From contig CAYTSF010000004.1 of assembly GCA_964440335.1 (NCBI GenBank), forward strand, positions 1 through 37,711: DNA of 37,711 nt, written 5' to 3'. A program made the translations under genes and the position numbers. The first letter of the stretch is position 1; every line of letters begins with the position of its first letter. The notes under the pieces were generated by a model, which made no database searches, was not told where the DNA came from, and saw only the letters and a list, made by a program, of their open reading frames with translations. This stretch comes from an uncultured Leptospirales bacterium (GTDB lineage: Bacteria; Spirochaetota; UBA4802; UBA5550). Shown here in pieces: positions 27,950 through 34,942 of the stretch.

Positions 27950-27970
27950 CAGCAGATCACGGAGAAAAAA

Positions 27971-28345
27971 ATGAGTGATAGCAGGTTATTTAAAAGTACT
28001 TATGACGAAGTATCTAAAATTTTAACAGGCAGAGTCCTTGCCGATAAAATTGACAAGGCTGATTCAAAAGAGATTTATGAACTCATTGTCAGCGGAATCA
28101 ATGAAAACAAGTCATACTCAGATTATATTCTGGACACCCTTAATGTTTCGGATGTTAAGCTGGAATCATTCGGGTACCTGATGAAAGCCCTTGGAGTTGT
28201 AAAAAAAACTGCCGGTTATATGGTTCTTGTGATCAAAGAGGACATAGTGCAGAAGTTTATGCTCACAAATCCCGAGATGTTTGATTATTACGCGGTTTTT
28301 TTTAATACTGAAGACGCAATAAAATTTATTAAATCAAAAAGATAA
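27971..28345 (+). CDS. 124-aa protein, possibly STAS-fold (anti-sigma-antagonist-like)
   Basis: Its length and motif order resemble SpoIIAA/RsbV: ILTGRV (cf. LTGEL), YILDTLNVSDVKLESFGYLMKAL (cf. hhLDLSxVxFhDSSGLxxL) and C-terminal FDYYAVFFNTEDAIKFI (cf. hFxIFxxxxEAL). Judged by eye only. Confidence 0.35.
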   Translation: MSDSRLFKSTYDEVSKILTGRVLADKIDKADSKEIYELIVSGINENKSYSDYILDTLNVSDVKLESFGYLMKALGVVKKTAGYMVLVIKEDIVQKFMLTNPEMFDYYAVFFNTEDAIKFIKSKR

Positions 28346-28346
28346 T

Positions 28347-29738
28347 ATGTCAGAAGAAAAAGATCTTATAGAACTCACATTTGAAGACCTGAAATATAAT
28401 GTCAGCAGCATTATCGCCAACTCTATACCTGTCTGGCGAAAAAACAGGTCGGGCGAACTTGTTATTATCCCGCTTGACCGCATAGACCAGTTTATGAGCG
28501 GTGACAAGCTTGCAACGACGATTTTTTACATAAGCGGTAAATGGCAGAAGTTAATCGTTACGGGCGTAAAAAAAGTTGATGTTTCTGAAAAATCGAGAAA
28601 GCCTGTTTTTATAACAGGTGACAACCCTGACCCCTACACTGATTTCAGAAAGAAAGCTGAAGCGATGCCTCACAACGAGAGGGAAAATCATTACCGTGAT
28701 ATAATCGGGAGTATTCAGAAATACGATTTTGAAGGGAACTCCATTGACGAAGTGGTGTTATCTGACATCATTGAAGCAGTATCAGTTGCCTTTGTTCTCA
28801 GTAAAACATCATTTGAGGATTATTATAATGACAGTTCAAAAGTATCAAGCGATCATATCAAGGCAATTGCACGAAACACCACAGCACTGGTACAGGGTAT
28901 AATAAGCATTCTTAAAAAAAGTAAAGCCGCAAATAATTTCATTAACCTGCTTGGGGCAAAATCAACCGGTTCAACGATTGACCACATGTATTCTGTGTTT
29001 ATGATCTATATTCCTTTCTGCAACTACTATAATTCCTTCTGCGCAAAAGGAAAGATCGCCAAACTGCGTGCTGATTTTAAAACGGGTTATTCCAGTTATT
29101 ATGCAAAACTCTCCCTGTCTCATCCCTGCCAGAACCTGGAAGATGTATTCAAGGGCAGCATGAGGGAGATTCCATCAGACCAGATTCTGCAGCTCGGGAT
29201 CGGTGCGTTACTTCATGACATCGGCAAGATCGATGCTATTGATTATTTTGAGAATACTGAGAAATATGACAGAAAAGTTATTATAAAACATGCACCAATC
29301 AGCTATAACATGATTGTAAAAACCAGGGAATTTGAATCTGACGTTTCACTTGTCGCGGCGCTGCATCACGAATACTACAATGATGCTGCCGGATACGGAA
29401 TTTCCAAACTCCTTTTCCCTGAGGAAACCAGAAAATACAAGGTCCCGCAATTCTGTCTCTCTTACGACATAGCAGATGTTAAAAGCGGATTATCCCTTGC
29501 TTATGTTCCGGCGAAGATGCTTGAAATCGTCGATATTTTCGATGCACTTATTGACAAGAAAAGAAAATACAGGGAGCGGGAATTCACAGTTGATGAAGCC
29601 CTTCGTATTATGAAAACTGATTTTGTCGAAAAGAAATTAAAAATCGATCCTGTCCTTTTCTCGATCTTTCTTGAATTCATAAACAGTCATTCCATACTCC
29701 AGGACGGCTCCCTGATCAACAGCATTTCTTTCAAATAG
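28347..29738 (+). CDS. HD-GYP-type metal-dependent phosphohydrolase with a degenerate GYP motif and a ~270-aa uncharacterised N-terminal region
   Basis: LLHDIGKID, ALHHEYYNDAAGYG (HHE..GYG instead of HHExxDGxGYP) and IVDIFDALIDKKRKYRE..FTVDEALRIM follow the HD-GYP motif order. The start is 1 nt after the stop of the preceding small gene. Confidence 0.7.
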   Translation: MSEEKDLIELTFEDLKYNVSSIIANSIPVWRKNRSGELVIIPLDRIDQFMSGDKLATTIFYISGKWQKLIVTGVKKVDVSEKSRKPVFITGDNPDPYTDFRKKAEAMPHNERENHYRDIIGSIQKYDFEGNSIDEVVLSDIIEAVSVAFVLSKTSFEDYYNDSSKVSSDHIKAIARNTTALVQGIISILKKSKAANNFINLLGAKSTGSTIDHMYSVFMIYIPFCNYYNSFCAKGKIAKLRADFKTGYSSYYAKLSLSHPCQNLEDVFKGSMREIPSDQILQLGIGALLHDIGKIDAIDYFENTEKYDRKVIIKHAPISYNMIVKTREFESDVSLVAALHHEYYNDAAGYGISKLLFPEETRKYKVPQFCLSYDIADVKSGLSLAYVPAKMLEIVDIFDALIDKKRKYREREFTVDEALRIMKTDFVEKKLKIDPVLFSIFLEFINSHSILQDGSLINSISFK

Positions 29739-29800
29739 CAGGATATTAAACAGATCTGCATCGATCTGTGCCTGCATAATAGCATAAACGGTGATAACGA

Positions 29801-30910
29801 TTGAAGAGTTTCAGTAATATAAAAACCATTCTCTACAGGGAAGGGGACTTAAAGTACAGAGTCGCAACACGGATACTGGAACATGCTGAAAAACATGACA
29901 CAGAAGTCATTGCCTACAGAGATGAAACTGATCTTGGGGCGCTCCTTGACAGGCTGAAAAATGAACGTGAATCCAAGGAGCTGCTCATACTCAAAGAGTT
30001 CCATGGCAGAAAATTCCAGAAATGCCCGGGTTCGCAGAATGTCATATGCTGCAATTACTACCTTCTCAACACATGCTTCAACTGTCTATTCGACTGCACC
30101 TACTGCTTCCTGAATGGTTACCTGAACTCCTATGGCATAACCCAGTTCGTTAACCTTGACGAGCTGCCTGAACTTATGACAGAACATGCGTCTAAGACCG
30201 GCAGGATAGTACGTATAGGAACGGGTGAATTTACAGATTCACTGATGTTCGATGAAGTCACCGGAATAGCACAATCCCTCATTGAGAAGGTGGCCCCATA
30301 CAAAAACATATTCCTGGAATTCAAGACCAAATCAGGATCGGTCAGCCACCTGTGCGGTATCGCCGGGAAGGGAAACACCGTGATTGCATGGACCCTGAAT
30401 ACACCGCGTAACATCAACCTCTACGAGAAGGGCACAGCGGATTTTAATGAGCGTTTGGATGCAGCTGTTTCCGCGCAGAAGGCGGGTTTTCTTACGGCAT
30501 TTCACTTTGACCCCATAATAAAATACGATGAATTTCTCGAGGATTACAATGACCTGATTAACTGCATGGGGAAGAGGCTTGACCCGGAGAGGATCGCCTG
30601 GATATCTCTGGGCTGTTTCAGGTATACGCAGGGCTTCAAGGATATTATCAAGCATAAGTTTCCGGGCGAACAGCTTACAGTGGAGGAGATGTTCCCCGGT
30701 ATTGACGGAAAATTCAGGTACCTGAAATCTGAGAGGAGAGATATTTACAGCTTTTTTTATGAAAGGCTCAAATCGCTGTTTCCCAGCGCATATATTTATT
30801 TCTGCATGGAGAGTGCGGATGTGTGGGAAACTGTTACCGGCATAAACTTCGCGTCTTCGGAGGAACTTGAGGAAGCGATTGGTCTTTCCCTGGGGAAAAA
30901 CTTTTTATAA
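29801..30910 (+). CDS. Spore-photoproduct-lyase-like radical SAM protein (SplB/COG1533-type)
   Basis: KCPGSQNVICCNYYLLNTCFNCLFDCTYCFLNGYLN contains the CxxxCxxC cluster in an SPL-like context. The ~370-aa size fits. TTG start. Confidence 0.6.
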   Translation: MKSFSNIKTILYREGDLKYRVATRILEHAEKHDTEVIAYRDETDLGALLDRLKNERESKELLILKEFHGRKFQKCPGSQNVICCNYYLLNTCFNCLFDCTYCFLNGYLNSYGITQFVNLDELPELMTEHASKTGRIVRIGTGEFTDSLMFDEVTGIAQSLIEKVAPYKNIFLEFKTKSGSVSHLCGIAGKGNTVIAWTLNTPRNINLYEKGTADFNERLDAAVSAQKAGFLTAFHFDPIIKYDEFLEDYNDLINCMGKRLDPERIAWISLGCFRYTQGFKDIIKHKFPGEQLTVEEMFPGIDGKFRYLKSERRDIYSFFYERLKSLFPSAYIYFCMESADVWETVTGINFASSEELEEAIGLSLGKNFL

Positions 30911-31009
30911 AAAGAGCATAACCGGCTGTGTCTATAATTGTTGACCATAAAACAGCTACATGTTTTTTTGTACATAATCCTTTACAGGCAAATAACCAGG
31001 AGCTACACA

Positions 31010-32122
31010 TTGCAGAACGCTGATTTTAAAGAAACTCACAGGGAACTTACACTGCTCAGGGAAAAAGTTGATGAACTGTACAACGCCATAGGCATCGACA
31101 AGCTCAAGTCAAGGCTTGCTTCCCTGGAAAGCGATACCCAGAAGGATGAAGTCTGGGGCGATAAGAACAGGTTTGCCGGAATAAGCCAGGAGATCAGCAA
31201 GCTTAAACGTAAAATTGAACCCTGGGCCCTTCTGAAAAATGAAGTTAACGAATCGATAGAACTCATAGAGATGGCGGATGCCGAGGGTGACAGCTCTGTG
31301 CTTAATGAAGTTGCCTCAAACGTCAGATCGCTTTCCTCAAGGTTTGATGAACTTGAAACCCGCGAACTGCTTTCCGAAGATGACGATATCAAGGACGCAT
31401 TCGTCTCAATCCACCCCGGAGCAGGCGGAACAGAATCGCAGGACTGGGCAAGCATGATTCTGAGGATGTATACCAGATGGGCCGAGAAAAACGGTTACGA
31501 GGTGGACCTCATCGATTATACGCAGGGCGAGGAAGCCGGGATAAAAGGTGCTACAATTCTCATCAGGGGCGAATACGCATATGGACTTCTCAAAGGAGAG
31601 ACAGGCATTCACAGGCTCGTCCGCATATCACCATTCGATGCCAATAAAAGGCGGCACACATCCTTTTCTTCTGTTGAAGTCATGCCCGACGTAGATGAGG
31701 ACATTGAAATCGACATAAATGAAAATGACCTCAAGATAGACACATACAGGGCATCGGGTGCAGGAGGGCAGCACGTAAACAAGACAGATTCAGCAGTACG
31801 CATAACACACATGCCTTCCGGCATAGTAGTCCAGTGCCAGAACGAAAGGTCTCAGCACAAGAACAAAGCCTTTGCCATGAAGGTGCTCAAGGCCAGGCTC
31901 TATGAGCAGCACAAGCAGGAGCAGGATGACAAAAAACAGATCCTTGCAGGCGAGAAGAAGGATATCTCCTGGGGCAATCAGCTCAGGTCATACGTGTTCC
32001 AGCCCTACACACTTGTCAAGGACCACAGGACAGGAGAGGAAACCGGTTCAGTTGAATATGTATTTGACGGAGAGCTCAACCGTTTCCTCTATTCGTGGCT
32101 TAAAAGCAAAAAACTTTCTTAA
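31010..32122 (+). CDS. prfB: Peptide chain release factor 2, encoded in a single frame
   Basis: SPF tripeptide (RISPFDA) and GGQ (SGAGGQHVNKTDSAV). The start is reassigned to the in-frame TTG at 31010, with AGGAG 7 nt upstream, giving 370 aa. The track's 24-aa N-terminal extension looks non-native. Confidence 0.9.
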   Translation: MQNADFKETHRELTLLREKVDELYNAIGIDKLKSRLASLESDTQKDEVWGDKNRFAGISQEISKLKRKIEPWALLKNEVNESIELIEMADAEGDSSVLNEVASNVRSLSSRFDELETRELLSEDDDIKDAFVSIHPGAGGTESQDWASMILRMYTRWAEKNGYEVDLIDYTQGEEAGIKGATILIRGEYAYGLLKGETGIHRLVRISPFDANKRRHTSFSSVEVMPDVDEDIEIDINENDLKIDTYRASGAGGQHVNKTDSAVRITHMPSGIVVQCQNERSQHKNKAFAMKVLKARLYEQHKQEQDDKKQILAGEKKDISWGNQLRSYVFQPYTLVKDHRTGEETGSVEYVFDGELNRFLYSWLKSKKLS

Positions 32123-32132
32123 GGCGGACTGT

Positions 32133-33050
32133 TTGAAACATAAACCGGATGATATAAATTCCAGACAGCAGCCCTCAAATTTTACAAAGAAAGAACCTTC
32201 ATTCATAGATGGCATCAAACTGGACGAATCATTTGAAATTCTCACAGGCCATGGAGGAGTAAAAAAACTTTTCCTTAAAAGGTTCAATGACAGGGAGCTC
32301 TACAGGATCATGGAAAAGACAGGCCTGCCGGCATACCTGAAAAAAGCAGGTTTTGACAGGCTCATACTCGACCATTTTGTGGATGAAAACCGCATCAATT
32401 ACCTTAAACTCTATTCCAGAGAAAAAATACATGAGAACCAGCTTTTTGATATACGCCTGAGCGAAACCACATTCATCCCCGATAAAAAATTTTTCAGGGA
32501 TGGTATAGAAATTATCCCCTACGAAATGATAAACATTGAATGGATTTCATCCAGAAACCCGTTTAAAAATTTCGACGACAGCAAACCGCAGCTACCGGGC
32601 CAGGAGAGCCCCGGACTGGGCATTCTGCAGTTCTGCTTTAACGTGCTTTATATCATAGCCAGGGAGATATACAAGGACGGGTTCCTCGATATACCCGACC
32701 ATATGCACAGCGCCATAATGTATTCATCAAAATTCAAATTCTTTGATCCTGTTCACGAAGCCATACTCAGGGCTGTAATGAGAGACCTGGCAGGTTATTC
32801 AATTTCTGATATTTCATGGGGAATTATTACCGGTACTGTTATCGAGGAGCATACTGGCCAGCCCCAGGTATATGATCCATGCGAGCAGGTGCATTATGTA
32901 TCCAGAAGGATGAAAAAATACTTCCAGTCAACGATATACCGCGACACCTTCAGGAAGTATTACAACAGGCGCAGGTACCACCTTGAATACGATGAGATGC
33001 AAAGACGAAGAACAGAAATTCTCAACATGAAAAAAATTGAGGATCTTTAA
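32133..33050 (+). CDS. Hypothetical protein of about 305 aa
   Basis: The long ORF begins inside prfB in another frame. The first plausible start after the prfB stop is the TTG at 32133, with AAGG 8 nt upstream. No motif recognised. Notable strings: KPQLPGQESPGLGILQF and DIPDHMHSAIMY. Confidence 0.45.
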   Translation: MKHKPDDINSRQQPSNFTKKEPSFIDGIKLDESFEILTGHGGVKKLFLKRFNDRELYRIMEKTGLPAYLKKAGFDRLILDHFVDENRINYLKLYSREKIHENQLFDIRLSETTFIPDKKFFRDGIEIIPYEMINIEWISSRNPFKNFDDSKPQLPGQESPGLGILQFCFNVLYIIAREIYKDGFLDIPDHMHSAIMYSSKFKFFDPVHEAILRAVMRDLAGYSISDISWGIITGTVIEEHTGQPQVYDPCEQVHYVSRRMKKYFQSTIYRDTFRKYYNRRRYHLEYDEMQRRRTEILNMKKIEDL

Positions 33051-33517
33051 TCTTTATCTTTAATATAGTCCATACCTGCCATATCAAGTTCTGACATGCG
33101 TTTAAGATCATCGGCATCGTGGAGCGATTCTCTTTTTATGGTTTCCATGAGTTCAATATTGATGCTGCGAAGTGATGAAATCTCTTTGAGAATTTTTTGT
33201 GCTGCAACCCGGAGTGAGTGAATCTTTGAAAGCCTTTGGTCTTCGTCGCTGTACCGGTCTGCACCGGCTGAAATGATTTTTATCCCTGTTTTTTTAAGGA
33301 AGCTGTCGCCAAGCTGTGCAAGTTCATAGTCCTGAAGGTTAATCGCTGTTATGAGTTCCTGTTCAAGTCCAAGGATCCGGACCGGTTCGTTGTCAAAATC
33401 TGTTTTCAGCGATGAATTGAGTTCATGTTCGGCAATAAGAAATTCCTTCAGCAGGCTGTTTTTTTTCTGCATTTGAGAATAAACAGCTTCAAGGATTCCC
33501 TCAATGTCATCCCTCAA
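33047..33517 (-). CDS. Coiled-coil hypothetical protein downstream of fliS (possible FlgN/FliT-type chaperone, by context only)
   Basis: Helical and acidic, about 150 aa. Overlaps the fliS stop by 11 nt, unless the internal Met at 33472 is the start. No diagnostic motif. Confidence 0.35.
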   Translation of the reverse strand: MRDDIEGILEAVYSQMQKKNSLLKEFLIAEHELNSSLKTDFDNEPVRILGLEQELITAINLQDYELAQLGDSFLKKTGIKIISAGADRYSDEDQRLSKIHSLRVAAQKILKEISSLRSINIELMETIKRESLHDADDLKRMSELDMAGMDYIKDKD

Positions 33518-33947
33518 TACTGAAATTTCCTTTTGAAGCGATGTTCATGTTTTTATCGGATTTTGCCTCTGTTGCAGAGATCTGGTCCCAGGCATCGCGC
33601 ATATCTTTAAGGAGTTTGACTATATGCTTAATTATTTCAGGGTCTTTTTTTATGTTGGCTTCAAGCAGCTGCCGCTTAAAATACATGTAAAGGTTAAAAA
33701 GATTCTGGGCAATTTCGCCGCCTTCACCCATGTTCAGGGAAAGAAGGAGTTCGGTCACTATATCCTGGGCCTTGATTATGTTGTTGTTAACAACATCAAA
33801 ACGTTTGGGCTCGATGTTTTCAAGTGCAATATTGAGGAACTTTATAGCTCCATCATATAGCATTACAATAAGTTTTCCCTGGTTCGCCGTAGATATCTGA
33901 GTCTGTTTGTACTGGTTATAAGGATTTGGGGTCGGTGCCATTCTCAA
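33507..33947 (-). CDS. fliS: Flagellin-specific export chaperone FliS
   Basis: YKQTQISTANQGKLIVMLYDGAIKFL ... IIKAQDIVTELLLSLN ... EIAQNLFNLYMYFKRQLLEANIKKD is the typical FliS four-helix pattern. Confidence 0.85.
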   Translation of the reverse strand: MRMAPTPNPYNQYKQTQISTANQGKLIVMLYDGAIKFLNIALENIEPKRFDVVNNNIIKAQDIVTELLLSLNMGEGGEIAQNLFNLYMYFKRQLLEANIKKDPEIIKHIVKLLKDMRDAWDQISATEAKSDKNMNIASKGNFSIEG

Positions 33948-33986
33948 CCTTTCCGGAAATATGATTATACTTATAAGTTAACGATT

Positions 33987-34015
33987 TCTATCATTATCGT
34001 AAAGATAATGATAGA
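33987..34015. repeat. Perfect 12-bp palindrome between purC and fliS
   Basis: TCTATCATTATC (33987-33998), GTAAA, GATAATGATAGA (34004-34015). Overlaps the candidate fliS promoter. Confidence 0.7.
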
Positions 34016-34021
34016 ACTTTA
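33994..34021 (-). promoter_or_regulatory. Sigma-28 (FliA)-type promoter candidate for fliS
   Basis: The minus strand reads TAAAGTTC (34021-34014), 12-nt spacer, TACGATAA (34001-33994). The enterobacterial consensus is TAAAGTTT-N11-GCCGATAA. The site is about 45 nt upstream of the fliS ATG. Confidence 0.45.
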
Positions 34022-34045
34022 CCTGATTTAAGGATGATCAGGGGA

Positions 34046-34933
34046 TTATTCCCCGAACATTTTTTTTATCTTGTTCATTATTTCGCCATACTTTTCAGCT
34101 GTTTTGCTGACGATTTCATCGGGAAGGGGCGGAGGGGGGGAATTTTTGTCCCATGTGGTCTTATCCAGGTAGTCCCTGATAAACTGCTTATCATAACTCA
34201 CCGGGGAACTTCCTGTTTTATAAAGGCTGCTGTCCCAGAACCTTGAACTGTCAGGGGTCAGTATTTCGTCGATAAGTATTATTTCATTGCCAAGGTAACC
34301 GAATTCAAACTTTGTGTCTGCAAGGATAATGCCTGCTTTGCTCAACATTTCACGGCCGAATTCATATACTCTTATTGTCATCTCTTTCAGGTAATCAGAA
34401 TCACTCTCGCCAATGGTTTTTTTCATATATTCGATTGATACATTAACATCGTGTCCCTGGTCCTCTTTTGTTGCAGGTGTGAAAATTGTTTCAGGAAGTT
34501 TCTCTGCCATACTCAGGCCCGCAGGAAGCTTTATCCCCGAAACTTCACCTTTTTCGCAGTACTCCTTCCATCCACCCCCTATGATGTAACCCCTGGCAAC
34601 ACATTCAAAATCGATGCGTTTTGTTTTTCGAACAATGACCGACCTGTCTTTGAATATTTCAGGGTATTTACTGTAAGGAGCCGGGAAATTATTGAAATTA
34701 TCCTCAACTATGTGGTTCTTTATAAAATTCACCTTCCTGAACCATAAACTCGAGATAGTGTTAAGAATAGCACCCTTGCCGGGGATGCCGTTGGGAAAAA
34801 TATGGTCAAAGGCGGATACCCTGTCAGTTGAGACTATGAGCATATGTTCATCATCAACGTGAAAAAGGTCGCGCACCTTGCCGCTGTATATTTTGTTGAG
34901 TTCCGGTATATCTATTTTCACAAGTGGTGCCAT
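34046..34933 (-). CDS. purC: Phosphoribosylaminoimidazole-succinocarboxamide (SAICAR) synthase
   Basis: YSGKVRDLF..LIVSTDRVSAFD, ..ILADTKFEFG.. and LIDEILTPDSSRFW are canonical PurC motifs. Confidence 0.9.
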   Translation of the reverse strand: MAPLVKIDIPELNKIYSGKVRDLFHVDDEHMLIVSTDRVSAFDHIFPNGIPGKGAILNTISSLWFRKVNFIKNHIVEDNFNNFPAPYSKYPEIFKDRSVIVRKTKRIDFECVARGYIIGGGWKEYCEKGEVSGIKLPAGLSMAEKLPETIFTPATKEDQGHDVNVSIEYMKKTIGESDSDYLKEMTIRVYEFGREMLSKAGIILADTKFEFGYLGNEIILIDEILTPDSSRFWDSSLYKTGSSPVSYDKQFIRDYLDKTTWDKNSPPPPLPDEIVSKTAEKYGEIMNKIKKMFGE

Positions 34934-34942
34934 GTTCCCTCT

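Noticed and set aside
27933-27974. 13-codon uORF (MYIDKISRSRRKK) whose TGA overlaps the ATG of the STAS-like gene (ATGA).
   Set aside because: It has no Shine-Dalgarno site and sits in very AT-rich DNA where short ORFs arise by chance. It would also be excluded from a transcript started at the proximal promoter candidate. Kept only as a note.
29750-29769. ACAGATC-N6-GATCTGT hairpin after the HD-GYP gene, considered as a terminator.
   Set aside because: It has only a 7-bp stem with no following U-tract, so it cannot be called a terminator from sequence alone.
30938-31009. 24-codon N-terminal extension of prfB in the ORF track (MLTIKQLHVFLYIILYRQITRSYT).
   Set aside because: It is hydrophobic and unlike RF2. 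An in-frame TTG with a well-spaced AGGAG lies at 31010 and gives a canonical-length RF2.
31902-32132. Upstream part of the 382-aa ORF overlapping the 3' end of prfB.
   Set aside because: It is out of frame within a well-supported gene, and the product there is S/R/T-rich junk. The real start is most likely after the prfB stop.
34134-34140. G7 homopolymer (C7 on the coding strand) near the 3' end of purC.
   Set aside because: It encodes an in-frame PPPP in a housekeeping gene. There is no sign of frameshift or truncation.
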